DNA of 64,000 nucleotides. It comes from an uncultured Methanosarcinaceae archaeon. Lineage in GTDB: Archaea; Halobacteriota; Methanosarcinia; Methanosarcinales; Methanosarcinaceae. The notes below the pieces were generated by a model, which made no database searches, was not told the DNA's origin, and worked only from the letters and a program-made list of their open reading frames with translations. Position 1 is the first letter of the stretch; each line of letters starts with the position of its first letter. Below, piece after piece: positions 32,044 to 43,772 of this stretch. A program made the translations under genes and the position numbers. The stretch is taken from the NCBI GenBank assembly GCA_963727895.1, contig CAVSHT010000009.1, forward strand, positions 192,001 to 256,000. The letters are read 5' to 3'.

Positions 32044-32862
32044 ATGGTAGATCAAAACCAAAAAATAGGGTTTATCGGAGCAGGAAAAATGGGCTCTGCT
32101 CTTATGCAGGGAATTATAAAGGCTGGAATTGTAGAGCCTGAAAATCTTGGTGCAAGCGACGTTTATGAGCCTTTTTTAAATGAGCTAAAAGCAAAGCTGG
32201 GCATTACTGTATCGACTGACAATGCGATTATTGTCCAGGCATCCGATATTCTTATTCTGGCGGTAAAACCTCAAACTCTGGGTTTGGTACTTGAAAATCT
32301 TAAAGCTCAAATAACCGCCGAGAAACTTATTATTTCAATTGCAGCAGGCGTTCCTCTTTCAACTTACGAAAATGCTCTCCCCGCGGGAACAAGAGTTATA
32401 CGTGTAATGCCAAACATTGCAGCTACAGTTTCCGAAGCCGCTTCAGGCATTGCTTCAGGCAAAAATGCTACTCCGAAAGACGTGAAAACCGCTCTTGAGA
32501 TTTTTTCGGCGGTAGGCACTGCAGTTCAAGTTTCTGAGTATATAATGGACGCTGTTACAGGCCTTTCAGGAAGCGGCCCTGCATTCATATTTCCAGTAAT
32601 TGAGGCAATGGCCGATGGAGCTGTCCTTGAAGGAATGGATAGAAAAAGTGCCCTAACTCTTTCAGCCCAAACCGTACTTGGAGCTGCGAAAATGATGCTT
32701 GAAACAGGCCTGCACCCCGGAGAACTCAAGGATATGGTTACTTCTCCCGCTGGAACTACAATTCAGGGAGTTCATGCCCTTGAAGAAGCCGGAATCAGGG
32801 CTGCATTTATGAATGCAGTTATAAGGGCAACCGAACGCTCAAAAGAACTTGGAAAGAAGTAA
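32044..32862 (+). CDS. proC: Pyrroline-5-carboxylate reductase
   Basis: GFIGAGKMG, AVKPQ, RVMPN, SGSGPA and VTSPAGTT. Confidence 0.95.
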   Translation: MVDQNQKIGFIGAGKMGSALMQGIIKAGIVEPENLGASDVYEPFLNELKAKLGITVSTDNAIIVQASDILILAVKPQTLGLVLENLKAQITAEKLIISIAAGVPLSTYENALPAGTRVIRVMPNIAATVSEAASGIASGKNATPKDVKTALEIFSAVGTAVQVSEYIMDAVTGLSGSGPAFIFPVIEAMADGAVLEGMDRKSALTLSAQTVLGAAKMMLETGLHPGELKDMVTSPAGTTIQGVHALEEAGIRAAFMNAVIRATERSKELGKK

Positions 32863-33048
32863 ATTCCTTTTTTCCATATATTTTTTATTTGTTTTTTAAT
32901 GGACCAAAACTTATTCAACATAACGTTTCTGCATAAATAAAAGGAAAAATGTTTTTTGCTAGAAATTTATGTCCCAAAAAAGCTCTATTTTAAAAAATAT
33001 GAGGGATTAATAAAATAGATTTTGTGAAAAGAAATTTTAGACTTCAGA

Positions 33049-33737
33049 TTATTTTTTACTATTTTTTTTCAGGCATAAGAACCAGTCAAGACAGTACATA
33101 CCCTCTTCAGACTTACTAAGTCTTTCTTTTACTGTTTCCATTGAACTTGGAGCTGAGATAATGACGTCATCTCCAGGCTGCCAGTTTGCCGGAGTTGCTA
33201 CTTTTTCAGCTTCATTTTTCTGCAGGGCAGAAACAAGTCTCTTTATTTTCTGCATATTTCTTCCGGCTGATTGTGGATAATAAAGAATTGCTCTTATCTT
33301 TGACTCAGGATCTATAATAAATACAGCTCTTACAGCCTGAGTAGTTGAGGCATTTGGCTGGATCATTCCATATTTTTTTGCAACATCCATCTTTAGATCA
33401 GCGATTACCGGGAACTTGACCTCTACATTTTTCATTCCTTTGTACTCAATTTTTTCCTCAATCCTCTTACCATGCAATATGAGAGAACACACTATCGATA
33501 GAAAGCCCTATAAGCTCAGTGTTCATAACTTTGAATTCATCTTGCATACTGGCAAAAGTCAAAAATTCGGTAGTACATACAGGTGTAAAGTCTGCAGGAT
33601 GACTGAAGAGTACTACCCATTTACCCTTGTAATCATCCGGAAAATTGATTGGTCCCTGAGTCGTTATGGCTTGTAAAGGAAGGTGCATCATCCCCTATAA
33701 GAGGCATGCTTACGTGTTCACATTCGGCTTCTACCAT
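33049..33737 (-). CDS. Peroxiredoxin (Prx6-type), two frameshifts
   Basis: [35 protein letters not shown] and CLDWFLC. Confidence 0.9.
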
Positions 33738-34149
33738 ATTATCACCTATTTTTAAGACATTGCCGTTTTTAGGGATTATTAAAAGGTCTGGAGACGAAGT
33801 TAAACGAATAAAACTTAAAAATCATTATTATCCCTTAACCGATCCCCAAAACTAGTTTATAGATATTTTCATTCTTATTTATCAATTACGAAATAGAGGA
33901 AAAGATTTAGATTGTAATAAGAAATTTTTAATAAATATATATTGTTAGAGATTAATACCTAATAAATAATGTATTTCTTATTTTGATTTAGTTTCCCCAA
34001 TACATTTATGATATATTTTTAAAGAGCTGGTAAAGTCTTTTTTAAAAAATTCATGTTTTCTAACTTATTATTTTTAAAAAAGAAGTATTTAAAGCCCTTC
34101 TTTTAGAAAATAATTTATTCTCAGAATCCTTTCATATAGTGGGGGTTAA

Positions 34150-35163
34150 ATGAGGGAGTTTATTAGGCCAAAGGTTGCAGTTAGTAGATGCCTTGGGTTT
34201 GATCACTGCCGATATAATGGGGGCATCATAAACAGTCCGATAGTATCAAATCTCATGGAATATGTTAATTTCCTGCCTGTTTGCCCAGAAGTAGAGATGG
34301 GGCTAGGTATTCCAAGAGATCCAGTAAGAATAATTCTCAAAAATGGAAAACAGAGTCTTTTCCAGTCAGCAAGTGGCAAACAGAGTCTTATCCAGTCAGC
34401 AAGTGGCAGAGACTTAACAGAAGTTATGGAGGCATTTTGCACTGATTTTCTAGGTTCCACAGGAGAAATTGACGGTTTCATTCTAAAATACCGATCTCCT
34501 TCCTGCGGCATTAAAGATGTAAAAGTTTACCCAAATACAGCACTCAAATCAGCAGCAATTGGAAAAACTTCAGGATATTTTGGGGGGGCAGTTCTGAAGA
34601 AATTTCCGTACCTTCCTATCGAAGATGAAGGACGGCTAAGAAATAAACGCATAAAAGAACATTTCATGACCAGGCTCTTTATGATTGCAGCTTTTCGGAA
34701 AGTAAAATCCGAAGGTCGCATGAGGAATCTTATTGCATTCCATACTGAAAATAAGTATATTCTCATGGCATATAGCCAAAAAGAACTCAGAATATTAGGC
34801 ACAATTGTTGCAAATAAAGAACAAAAAGACTTTAAGGAACTGGTCTCTGAATACGAAAAACATCTTTACAGCGCCATTTCAAGAGCTCCTAGATATACTT
34901 CAACTATTAACGTGCTCATGCACGCTTTTGGTCATTTTTCAGAAAATCTCTCGAATCAGGAAAAATTGCTATTTTTTAACTGGATCCAGAAATACAGAGA
35001 AGGAAAAGTTACCCTTTGCCCTGCAATTAATACAATTAGGTCATGGGCCGTGCGCTTTGAAGACCAGTACATTACGAATCAGACTTTTTTTGAACCTTAT
35101 CCAGAAGACCTGATGGAAGTTGACTCTACAAATTCTCACCTCAGGGAAGATCTCTGGGAATGA
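34150..35163 (+). CDS. DUF523 (2-thiouracil desulfurase-like) plus DUF1722/YbgA protein
   Basis: SRCLG..CRYNG, CPEVE.GLG.PR, SPSCG and EDEGRL. Confidence 0.9.
   Translation: MREFIRPKVAVSRCLGFDHCRYNGGIINSPIVSNLMEYVNFLPVCPEVEMGLGIPRDPVRIILKNGKQSLFQSASGKQSLIQSASGRDLTEVMEAFCTDFLGSTGEIDGFILKYRSPSCGIKDVKVYPNTALKSAAIGKTSGYFGGAVLKKFPYLPIEDEGRLRNKRIKEHFMTRLFMIAAFRKVKSEGRMRNLIAFHTENKYILMAYSQKELRILGTIVANKEQKDFKELVSEYEKHLYSAISRAPRYTSTINVLMHAFGHFSENLSNQEKLLFFNWIQKYREGKVTLCPAINTIRSWAVRFEDQYITNQTFFEPYPEDLMEVDSTNSHLREDLWE
34348..34407 (+). repeat. In-frame 30-bp tandem duplication
   Basis: aaacagagtctt(t/a)tccagtcagcaagtggc twice, encoding KQSL(F/I)QSASG x2. Confidence 0.9.
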
Positions 35164-35200
35164 AACTCTTAAATTTGATATTCTGGATGGGGGAAATTTT

Positions 35201-36292
35201 ATGAAAATTATAACCTCTTTGCTTTATTCCTTGTTACTCACGTGTCTTATCGGATCATTTTTAACTTGGAATTGTTCTGAAACGGCAACTAATTCCAATA
35301 TAGAAGATGTTGGAGAAAACCTGATCGGAGAAGATTATTTAAATTCTAATCCATGTAATGTTTCGATTACAGATAAGTCAACTAATCCTGGAACGCTGTC
35401 TCGAACTTATTCATGGGAGTATGAAGGTCGTTGCTGGCATCTGACTCTACCCCTTGATGATAAACTTTATGAAACGTATCAGTCCAGAACCCGAAACAGG
35501 GACTATGACCTGTTTGCTTCAGATCCATACGATGATCAGTTAATCAAAGAGATTGCGAATGCTTTATTATCTCTTTCAAAAACTTACGGGTTTGAGGGGA
35601 TGCAGATTTCAGGACTTTGTATTTCTTTTGTCCAATCATTAAATTATACTTCGGATCTTGAAAGTTCAGGTTATGCTCAGTATCCTCGTTTTCCTTATGA
35701 AACTCTCTACGAAAACGGCGGAGACTGTGAAGATACTGCAATTCTTTCCGTTGCAATACTTCAAGAGATGGGCTACGATGCAGTCCTTCTGGAACTTCCT
35801 GACCATATGGCTCTTGGGATAAAATGCAGTCCTGAACAGAAAGATAAGAGTTTCGAATACGAAGGCAGCAATCATTATTATGTGGAGACCACTGGTAGTG
35901 ACTGGCAGATAGGGGAAATCCCTGACGAATATAAAGACCAGCCCATACAAGTTATTCCTGTTTACAGGAGACCCATGATTAATCTTGATTTCAATGCTCG
36001 ATGCGAATACTCAAAAAAAGAGGGAGTTGTCGATATTAACGTAAGTGTAAGAAACGTGGGTTCGGAAAAAGCTGAAAATACAACCCTTTACATTGCTCTT
36101 CAGGACGAAGATGAAACTAATGCATGGGCCGAAATTAAAAGTTCTCCAGTTACAATTGAGCCTGAAGGAGTTTACAATTACACTGCAAAAAGTCTTACTA
36201 TTCCTGCAGGGAAAAAGTTCAGGGTATATGTACAATCATCAGGGGAGAATTTGGAATATGAAAACACAACCAGCGAGTGGGCAAAGATCTGA
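35201..36292 (+). CDS. Secreted transglutaminase-like cysteine protease domain protein with CARDB-like C-terminus
   Basis: Signal peptide, YPRFPYETL..GGDCED, HMALG, YVETT and VSVRNVG. Confidence 0.8.
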   Translation: MKIITSLLYSLLLTCLIGSFLTWNCSETATNSNIEDVGENLIGEDYLNSNPCNVSITDKSTNPGTLSRTYSWEYEGRCWHLTLPLDDKLYETYQSRTRNRDYDLFASDPYDDQLIKEIANALLSLSKTYGFEGMQISGLCISFVQSLNYTSDLESSGYAQYPRFPYETLYENGGDCEDTAILSVAILQEMGYDAVLLELPDHMALGIKCSPEQKDKSFEYEGSNHYYVETTGSDWQIGEIPDEYKDQPIQVIPVYRRPMINLDFNARCEYSKKEGVVDINVSVRNVGSEKAENTTLYIALQDEDETNAWAEIKSSPVTIEPEGVYNYTAKSLTIPAGKKFRVYVQSSGENLEYENTTSEWAKI

Positions 36293-36395
36293 ATTTCTTC
36301 ATACTTAAAGTTACGTATAAAAGAAAATAAAAAAATATATCATTGAGTATAATTAATATATTGTAATTAAGCATTTTACAATTGGGGGCGATCAA

Positions 36396-36581
36396 ATGAA
36401 TAAACTCTATAGATCAAAAAGTAATAAGATGATCGCAGGCGTATGTGGGGGGATAGGTGAATATCTTAAGATTGATCCTACGCTTGTGAGGCTTTTATGG
36501 GTGCTCATTTCTTTAATGAGTGCTGGAGGGGGAGTAGTTGCTTATATAGTAGCATGGATTATAGTCCCACAGGAGCTTTGA
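36396..36581 (+). CDS. PspC domain protein
   Basis: KLYRS..MIAGVCGGIGEY..IDPTLVRL. Confidence 0.9.
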   Translation: MNKLYRSKSNKMIAGVCGGIGEYLKIDPTLVRLLWVLISLMSAGGGVVAYIVAWIIVPQEL

Positions 36582-36657
36582 ACCATTAAAAGCAATTGAA
36601 GTTATAAAAAGGTATGAATTTACCCAATAATATTTTCAGTAGATTTTATGAAATAGT

Positions 36658-36679
36658 TCTCCCGAAGCAATTCGGGAGA
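36658..36679. terminator. Hairpin between convergent pspC-like gene and ftsY
   Basis: tctcccgaa-gcaa-ttcgggaga. Confidence 0.55.
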
Positions 36680-36718
36680 TTGACTATTTTCAGTTGACTA
36701 AAAGAGTATGGTTAAAAG

Positions 36719-37984
36719 TTAACCATTTTGATTGAAAAGCTGGTCTATAAACCAGTTGGGATCAAACTTTTTTAAATCATCATAACCCTGTCCTATTCCG
36801 AAAAAGAGAATGGGTTTGCCTGTGATATAGGCAATGGATATTGCAGCGCCTCCTTTGGCATCAGCATCTATTTTTGTCAGAATGGATCCGTCAATTGGTA
36901 CAGCTTCATTAAACTGTGCAGCCCTTTCAACGGCATCGTTCCCTGCGACGGCTTCATCAACAAAAATAATAAGGTCCGGAGTACTTACTCTACAGATCTT
37001 TTCCATCTGTGACATAAGGTTAAGGTTAGTATGCATGCGACCTGCTGTGTCGGAAAGCACGAAATCGATATTGTGGGCTTTTGCATACTGAACAGCGTCG
37101 TAAATAACTGCTGCAGGATCGGCTCCAGGCTGATGTTTGATCATTTTTACTCCGAGCCTATCTGCATGAATTCCAAGCTGATCGATAGCACCTGCCCTGA
37201 AAGTATCCCCTGCAGCCAGGACTACCGAGTAATCAGATTTAAGCAATCTGTGTGTCAGTTTTGAAATAGATGTTGTTTTCCCGGTTCCGTTAATTCCAAC
37301 AAAGACAATATGCACAGGTTTTTCCTTATTCTTTATGTACTCATCAAAATCGAAAGTATTAGCAGACATTACATCAAGTATGGCTGTTTTTAAGGCTTCC
37401 TCTACAATTTCTCCAGTATTGCTACCAATGTGTTTTGTAGTACCTGTGAGCTGCTTTTTTACTGATTCTACGATTGCCTCAGAAACCGAAAGAGCAAGAT
37501 CGCTTTCAAGAAGCCCCATTTCAAGTTCCCATAGAGGTTCTTCCAGGTCTTTGCTATCTAGATAGACCTCTCTATTAAAAACTAGAGCCTTTGCTTTCTG
37601 TTTGAATCCAATCTTAGAAGAAAATTTCTTAAAAAAAGGCTTTTTTTCTTCAGATGCCGTTTCTTCTTCAGGTTTGCTCTCTACTACCTTTTTACGGTCT
37701 TCCAGTTTTTTCCTGTATTCAGCCTTTTTTCGATTTTCGAGATCGATAGTTGAAGGTTTCTCCATTGCAGGTTTGATTTCTGCCTGTACAACCTCATGAC
37801 TTTCGTCTTCCAGTGGTGTTTCAAGAGCTTCTTCCTCAGGAATGGGCTCAATGTCCTCTTCAAAATCCTCTTCAGCCTCAGGCACAGGTTCAACAACCGG
37901 TTCGATAGCTACTGCCTTATCGTCAATAGTTTTGCTGAGCGCCTTTTTAAAATTTCCAAGTTTCTCTTTGAATTTGTTGAACAC
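36719..37984 (-). CDS. ftsY: SRP receptor FtsY
   Basis: Acidic N-terminus, GINGTGKTT, DTFRAGA, DTAGR and TKID. Confidence 0.97.
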   Translation of the reverse strand: MFNKFKEKLGNFKKALSKTIDDKAVAIEPVVEPVPEAEEDFEEDIEPIPEEEALETPLEDESHEVVQAEIKPAMEKPSTIDLENRKKAEYRKKLEDRKKVVESKPEEETASEEKKPFFKKFSSKIGFKQKAKALVFNREVYLDSKDLEEPLWELEMGLLESDLALSVSEAIVESVKKQLTGTTKHIGSNTGEIVEEALKTAILDVMSANTFDFDEYIKNKEKPVHIVFVGINGTGKTTSISKLTHRLLKSDYSVVLAAGDTFRAGAIDQLGIHADRLGVKMIKHQPGADPAAVIYDAVQYAKAHNIDFVLSDTAGRMHTNLNLMSQMEKICRVSTPDLIIFVDEAVAGNDAVERAAQFNEAVPIDGSILTKIDADAKGGAAISIAYITGKPILFFGIGQGYDDLKKFDPNWFIDQLFNQNG

Positions 37985-38106
37985 AGAATCCCATCCCAAA
38001 AAAATCTAAAAAAAATAGATAATTAAAAAAATAAAAAATTTGTTTTCAAATAAGAGAGTTTTGAGTCCTAATCTTTATAATTAGAGTCAGATAGTGTCAG
38101 ATATCT

Positions 38107-38538
38107 TCATACCTGACCAGGTTGCTGAAGCTTTGAAGCCTCGGATTCTAAGGCTTGCATGCTCTGAAGATATTTAGTCAGTGAAGAATTCATTTGTTCA
38201 AGAATTTTAGTAAGCTGTTCTTTACGGCGGTTAAGTGTTTCAATGGAGTCATCTATTGATTTCTCTGCACTGAAACCTGCTCCGAGATCGACAATAACCT
38301 TATCTGCATTTTTTACTTCAGCGTGAACAAACGATCCAAAACCTACAGGAACCATCGTTTCAACAGTATTACCTTCTGCTGAGGCAGTCTTAAGCTCGTT
38401 AATAGTTATAATTGTCTGATCACAACTCGTAATTGAAGCCTGAACCATGTTCATCTGCTGCCTTAAGGCTTCAGCCTGTCTCTGAAGTTCCTGAAACCTG
38501 GCTGCCATATTTTTGAGATCTTCACTGACTTCTGCCAT
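38107..38538 (-). CDS. pfdA: Prefoldin alpha subunit
   Basis: MVPVGFGSFV and VIVDLGAG, plus synteny. Confidence 0.95.
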   Translation of the reverse strand: MAEVSEDLKNMAARFQELQRQAEALRQQMNMVQASITSCDQTIITINELKTASAEGNTVETMVPVGFGSFVHAEVKNADKVIVDLGAGFSAEKSIDDSIETLNRRKEQLTKILEQMNSSLTKYLQSMQALESEASKLQQPGQV

Positions 38539-38543
38539 ATCTT

Positions 38544-38720
38544 TCACTCCTCAGCAACACTTTCAATCTGGATCTGGCTCCTCTTAATACCATGCTTGCT
38601 TCCAAAGACAGAATATACCTTATCCGTTGCGTTCTTTTCATTCTGACTTTCGATCTGCTTTGTGAACTTTTCCCAGGAATTTCCTGCTTTAAATTTACCT
38701 TTAACAATAAAACTCTTCAT
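38544..38720 (-). CDS. rpl18a: 50S ribosomal protein L18Ae/LX
   Basis: [18 protein letters not shown]. Confidence 0.95.
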   Translation of the reverse strand: MKSFIVKGKFKAGNSWEKFTKQIESQNEKNATDKVYSVFGSKHGIKRSQIQIESVAEE

Positions 38721-38770
38721 CTTGGTCACCACTCTTGCTGTAGCTCTAGTATGGAACAGATGGATTAATA

Positions 38771-39430
38771 TCACTCTATGAATCCAAGGGCTTCTTCAAT
38801 TCTCCCTAGTTCGGGTCCTGTAGTGTCTGAACCTGCCAGATAACTCTTTGAATTAGCAAGCAGACCTGAGCCGAGCATCTGAGTCCCGAAGTTCGTAGTC
38901 CCTATATTTACCGGAAGATTGAAAATCTGTTCCAGAATTTCTCTTTCAGAAGATGTTACTTTCGGGTGCACCAGAAGCCCTTTATTGGTAACAGCTCCTG
39001 CCATTCCTACATTTTTTATTCCGGCAATTGTTCCCCTATAAACTTCGACTTTCAGGGTACTGGTAATTGTCTCAATAGCTCTGTCTGACAAGTCGGGGTG
39101 AACAAGTGCTGCAAAATCATTTGCAAGTATAACGTTCCCAACTGCATTCAATCTTTCCGGAAGGATTTCAGCCTTAACCCCTGTCAGTTCTTGCATTTCC
39201 CTGGCGTCGGTTCCGTATGAAAAAAGGAAGCCGTTAGAGTTTCCTCTAGAAAGGGCTCCAATAACAACGCTTCCGTTTACAAGAGTCTCAATTACCCTTG
39301 CATCCAGCGAATCCTCAAGTATAGCACAGATCTCGGGCTTTGTCCCAGTAGGGACGAGAACAACGTTTTCTGTACAGGTCGCAAAGACACCGATCATTGG
39401 GGTGTCGTATATATCCATCGTTCGAATCAT
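38771..39430 (-). CDS. eif6: Translation initiation factor aIF6
   Basis: [17 protein letters not shown] and [10 protein letters not shown]. Confidence 0.97.
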   Translation of the reverse strand: MIRTMDIYDTPMIGVFATCTENVVLVPTGTKPEICAILEDSLDARVIETLVNGSVVIGALSRGNSNGFLFSYGTDAREMQELTGVKAEILPERLNAVGNVILANDFAALVHPDLSDRAIETITSTLKVEVYRGTIAGIKNVGMAGAVTNKGLLVHPKVTSSEREILEQIFNLPVNIGTTNFGTQMLGSGLLANSKSYLAGSDTTGPELGRIEEALGFIE

Positions 39431-39462
39431 ATTCTTTGAAGCTTCGCGTTTTATGTTATATT

Positions 39463-39935
<473 letters not shown>

Positions 39936-40163
39936 TTAATTCCATTAACTTCCGGTTATATCCGATAATTAGCTGATTGTGATTTAAACCCTTGCATAAT
40001 TGAGGTTTTACCCTGCCGGATTAAACGGCAATTTTTTAAAACCATATCCAGCAAATTCTATGAGGGTATCGGTTAATCTGCAGCAATATAAGGGTTGAAT
40101 ATAACTCGATTATTGTATAAATCTTTATTCCAGAATTTTCCCCTTCCAGAAGACTTCCTGATT

Positions 40164-40781
40164 TTAAGGCACGTCTTCTCCAGGACATTTTTTTCTGGAA
40201 AGCACATGGGACTGAATATGGGATGGAAACAGTTCCTTTATTTTTTCGTCACCGTCTCTCTGCCTGATTAACTCCCTTAGCTCAGTTTCGTAATCCGCTT
40301 TAGGAGTATTCTCACTCGGTCCCTCTTCAATTTTTAGATAATGTTCTACAAGAATACTCACGGTTTTTTTGCCATATCCCTTCAAAGGGCAGAGATACTG
40401 AATTCCCAATCGGTCTTCGATACTTCGTATCTGCGAGATTGAGAGCACAGGGACTCTATCATCCCTTCTAGTTCCATCAGCAATTAGCTGAACTTCAGGA
40501 TCCAAAGCAAGAGTTTCTACAGCTTTTTCATGAATATAGTTAATAGCACTTCTTGGGAAACCCTCTTTGAGAATTTTCTCGTAAGCCTTTTCAAGAATTT
40601 CCCCTTCTAGAGAAAGAACTCTGTGTGGAAACCCCAGGTTTTTTGCAGTTTTTGCAGCCAACTCACCATTAGGAAGCAGACCAAAACTGCAGGTTACGAG
40701 TTCTACCTCAAAAAACGGTTCCATCAAAAGAGCAGAGAGAGAACTGTCTTTGCCTCCGCTAAAAAGAACTGAAATTCTCAT
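40164..40781 (-). CDS. PP-loop (adenine nucleotide alpha hydrolase) family protein
   Basis: LFSGGKDSSL and ADGTRRDD. Confidence 0.85.
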   Translation of the reverse strand: MRISVLFSGGKDSSLSALLMEPFFEVELVTCSFGLLPNGELAAKTAKNLGFPHRVLSLEGEILEKAYEKILKEGFPRSAINYIHEKAVETLALDPEVQLIADGTRRDDRVPVLSISQIRSIEDRLGIQYLCPLKGYGKKTVSILVEHYLKIEEGPSENTPKADYETELRELIRQRDGDEKIKELFPSHIQSHVLSRKKCPGEDVP

Positions 40782-40786
40782 TGCTT

Positions 40787-41155
40787 TTAAACCCGAGTTA
40801 TAGACGTCTTACGCTTTTTTGGCTGCATCTTCATCAGGAGATTTTTAAGCTGTTCGTCGTCAATTTGAGACTGGAGCCTTCCACTCTGAGCAAGTGAGAT
40901 CAGCTGCATTTCAAGCTGTTCCCCAAGAGCCGATCTTGACATTTTTAGAGTTGTAAGACGTTCTCTAGCTTCAGGAGTCAGGATCTGCCTTAGAATGGCC
41001 TGCTTTTGAGCTTCCATCTCAGCGTTAGCCTGTTCTTGTTGGTAAGCTGCCTGGATGTCAGAAGGCTGGTTCTGTGCCTGCTGTCTTTGGATTTCTGCAA
41101 GCCGTCTCTTTCGGATTTCGTTGAGTTCGTCATCCATTGTAGACATGACAATCAT
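40787..41155 (-). CDS. PDCD5/TFAR19-like DNA-binding protein
   Basis: [19 protein letters not shown] and LISLAQSG. Confidence 0.9.
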   Translation of the reverse strand: MIVMSTMDDELNEIRKRRLAEIQRQQAQNQPSDIQAAYQQEQANAEMEAQKQAILRQILTPEARERLTTLKMSRSALGEQLEMQLISLAQSGRLQSQIDDEQLKNLLMKMQPKKRKTSITRV

Positions 41156-41254
41156 CTAAAAAACCGGTTTTTCCGGAGCAATCTGAATTATGATTAATAA
41201 TATTTGTAAGGGAATCCTAAGAAATTTCTAGGTTCCCCTCCATATAGAAGTTTC

Positions 41255-41704
41255 TCAGTATTTTGCAAGTTCAGGGATCTTCTCAAGAAGCTCATTCTTG
41301 AGCTCATTGGCTGCGTTATCAAGCATGGAACGTCCCTTTGCAGATACTGTTCTTCCGTCCTTTACTTTTTGCAGGTAACCTGCAGCTTCAAGCTGCTGTA
41401 CTGCTTTTCGGGCAATCGAACCGCTACCTTTTGCTTTGTGACCTGGCTTTGATCCATTGTCCTTCTTTCCACCATATACCGATCTGAGCCTTTCAATACC
41501 TATAGGTCCATCAGTATAGATTTTCCTCAGGATCGCTGCAGTTCTGATATACCACCAATCATCATTGGTTGGAGGGAGTTCCTTATGGACTCCTGTCTTT
41601 ACGTTCTGTGCCCACTCAGGGGGAACGATATTTTCATTTTCTTCAAGTATGCCTGCAACTTTCTCGATAAACTCCATTGCAGGGACATCAAATACTGTTG
41701 TCAT
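41255..41704 (-). CDS. rps19e: 30S ribosomal protein S19e
   Basis: [28 protein letters not shown] and GSGSIARK. Confidence 0.97.
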   Translation of the reverse strand: MTTVFDVPAMEFIEKVAGILEENENIVPPEWAQNVKTGVHKELPPTNDDWWYIRTAAILRKIYTDGPIGIERLRSVYGGKKDNGSKPGHKAKGSGSIARKAVQQLEAAGYLQKVKDGRTVSAKGRSMLDNAANELKNELLEKIPELAKY

Positions 41705-41990
41705 ACTCTCCACCTTTTCTAAATTAGGTTATCTTTGCAGATCCTGAGAGAAAGTGCCGATTCTTCTCCCGGGCTGCCAAAAATTTATTTTTCCCGAAAC
41801 GAGGTAACTCTTTCTCTTTCGAGAGGTCCTTTCCGATCTTTATAGCTGGATTTGCGAACTCTTATGGTTTGGGCTTTCATGCCCGATAAGCCGGTAAACG
41901 TGATTTTAGTTTTAACTGGAAGGAGGTTGATGTATTTATCAATTACTGTGTTTGATAAAATCATATACAATCGATCAAGTGATTTATAGG

Positions 41991-42185
41991 ATGAAAAACT
42001 TCAAACTGAAAAACGATCTAATTGTATTGAATTGGCTCTTGTCAATTGACGCAAGTACCAACACTGAGCGTAATTACTTTCAAGCTATAAAAGCATTTTG
42101 CGAATTCACAAAGAACGTCAGTTGAACTTATTCGGGAAGCTGAAAATAAAAGAAAAGCTGGTCTATGTATGAGAAGTGTATTAGA
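41991..42185 (+). pseudogene. N-terminal stub of a Methanosarcina-type tyrosine recombinase/integrase
   Basis: MKNFKLKNDLIVLNWLLSIDASTNTERNYFQAIKAFCEFT, frameshift, then ELIREAENKRKAGLCMR. Resembles the SAM-like N-domain; no catalytic domain present. Confidence 0.55.
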
Positions 42186-42247
42186 ATAGATTTCATTATT
42201 TTCACAGTAAAAATATCATATTTCAGAATATTTCATGCTATCAATTT

Positions 42248-43772
42248 AGCATGAAAGTACATGAGGAAATTATCCTCACGTGCTCTCTTGATCCTTTTTC
42301 CCCATAATCGCAAATATTCCACTAATTATTTTAATCAGTTCATCAACCGAAAAAATCTCAGTTTCAATAATCTTTCTCTTTTGGATTTCTCCCTTTTGAT
42401 ATCCGGTTTCATCTTCGTCCATCTCATCGTTTGTAATAAGATGCCATAATATCGTTGCAATTTTCCTTGCTAAGGCAATAATTGCTTTTGCATGTCCAAT
42501 CGACTTCTTTTTTCTGTTAAAAAACTATTTTAACCTGCTATTCTTCTTTCTTGCTGCTGCTTGAGCAATCTGTGTCAGAATCCACCTTGCTACTTTTGAT
42601 TCCCTCTTTGTGATTCTGCCGTTATAGTATTTATCTGCAGATTGATACACATTAAGAACTAGACCAAGCCAAGAAGCAAGCTTATTTCCAGAAGAAAAAT
42701 CCTTAAAGTTGCCTATTTCAGCAAGTAAAATTGCCGCACCAAGTTTCCCTATACCTGGAACTGACATTAAAATCTCCATTTCTCGCTTATGATTTCGAGA
42801 AGCATAATTGAAAATTTCTTTTTCTAAAGCTTCGAGTTCATCATCAAGACTTTTTATGAGTTTCAGACAGATCTGAAGTCTAAATGCAGCACTTTGAGAA
42901 ATTTCTCGATCAAAAATTTCTCTTATCTGAGCAGCTTTTTTCCGAACATTTGGAGAGAGGCTTGCAATAATCTGATCAACACTCTTACCTGAAGAGATTC
43001 CTAATAAGATCATTCTGCCATTCTTGCCAAAAACGTCTGTCAGAACATTATTCAGGTGTAGCATTTCAGATGCAAGAATTGAATTTCAGATGCAAGAATT
43101 GAGTGAGCTTTATTTTTTAAATCTGTTCTTTTTTGTACAAGTGTTAACCGAAGTCGAACATATGATCTAAAATCTATATGATCCTTTGGAAAAACTCTTG
43201 ATGGCTGAATCATATTATTAAGTGCAAGTTGTGCAATGACTTCTGAGTCAATCTTATCTGTTTTTGTATGGGTAAATACCTTCATATCTCGCGCATTTCC
43301 AACTATCACAGTTAGATGCTTTACCAATGAATCATGAATCGGAACCCAAAAGTCGCTGGTTGATTCACATGCAACAACATCACATTTTTCTGATATTACC
43401 CAATTTTTAAGGGCTAAAATTCCTTCATCATCTCTGTTGAAACGTTGCTGTTGTTTTTCACCAGATATACTGAGAATTGTAGCAATGAAAAAGAGTTTGT
43501 GAATGTCTAAACCACAAGCTTTGTTTATGACTTCAATCAAATTAGATCACCAAATTTATTTGGGCAGTGGAATTGCCTAAAAGGCCAATTTAGCATCCGT
43601 GATCAAAGTCACACTTGAGCCTTCGATGGCAATTCACTGATTAGTTTTAGGACGGTTTTGATAAACCAAAATCGAGACAACCTTACTGCCCAAGGTAATG
43701 AGGACTTAATAGTCAAAAAAAAGAACGGAGAGTACTGTCATTAGTTGTGCTTGTTATTCGAAGAAAAGCATG
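42248..43772 (-). mobile_element. IS110-family element with inactivated transposase (ATG 43540 to about 42270)
   Basis: RuvC-like GLDIHK, CEST and KTDKID motifs, and SVPGIG..AEIG..LASWLGL..QSA. AGCATG directly repeated at both ends (42248-53, 43767-72), no TIRs. A 20-bp duplication frameshifts the gene and there is an in-frame TAG at 42525. Confidence 0.9.
43560..43693. ncRNA. Candidate IS110 bridge RNA in the non-coding end
   Basis: Closing stem ttgggcagt/actgcccaa, inner stems gaattgcc/ggcaattc, aaggc/gcctt and gtga/tcac. Loop strand caatttagcat is identical to the insertion flank at 42242-52. Confidence 0.7.
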
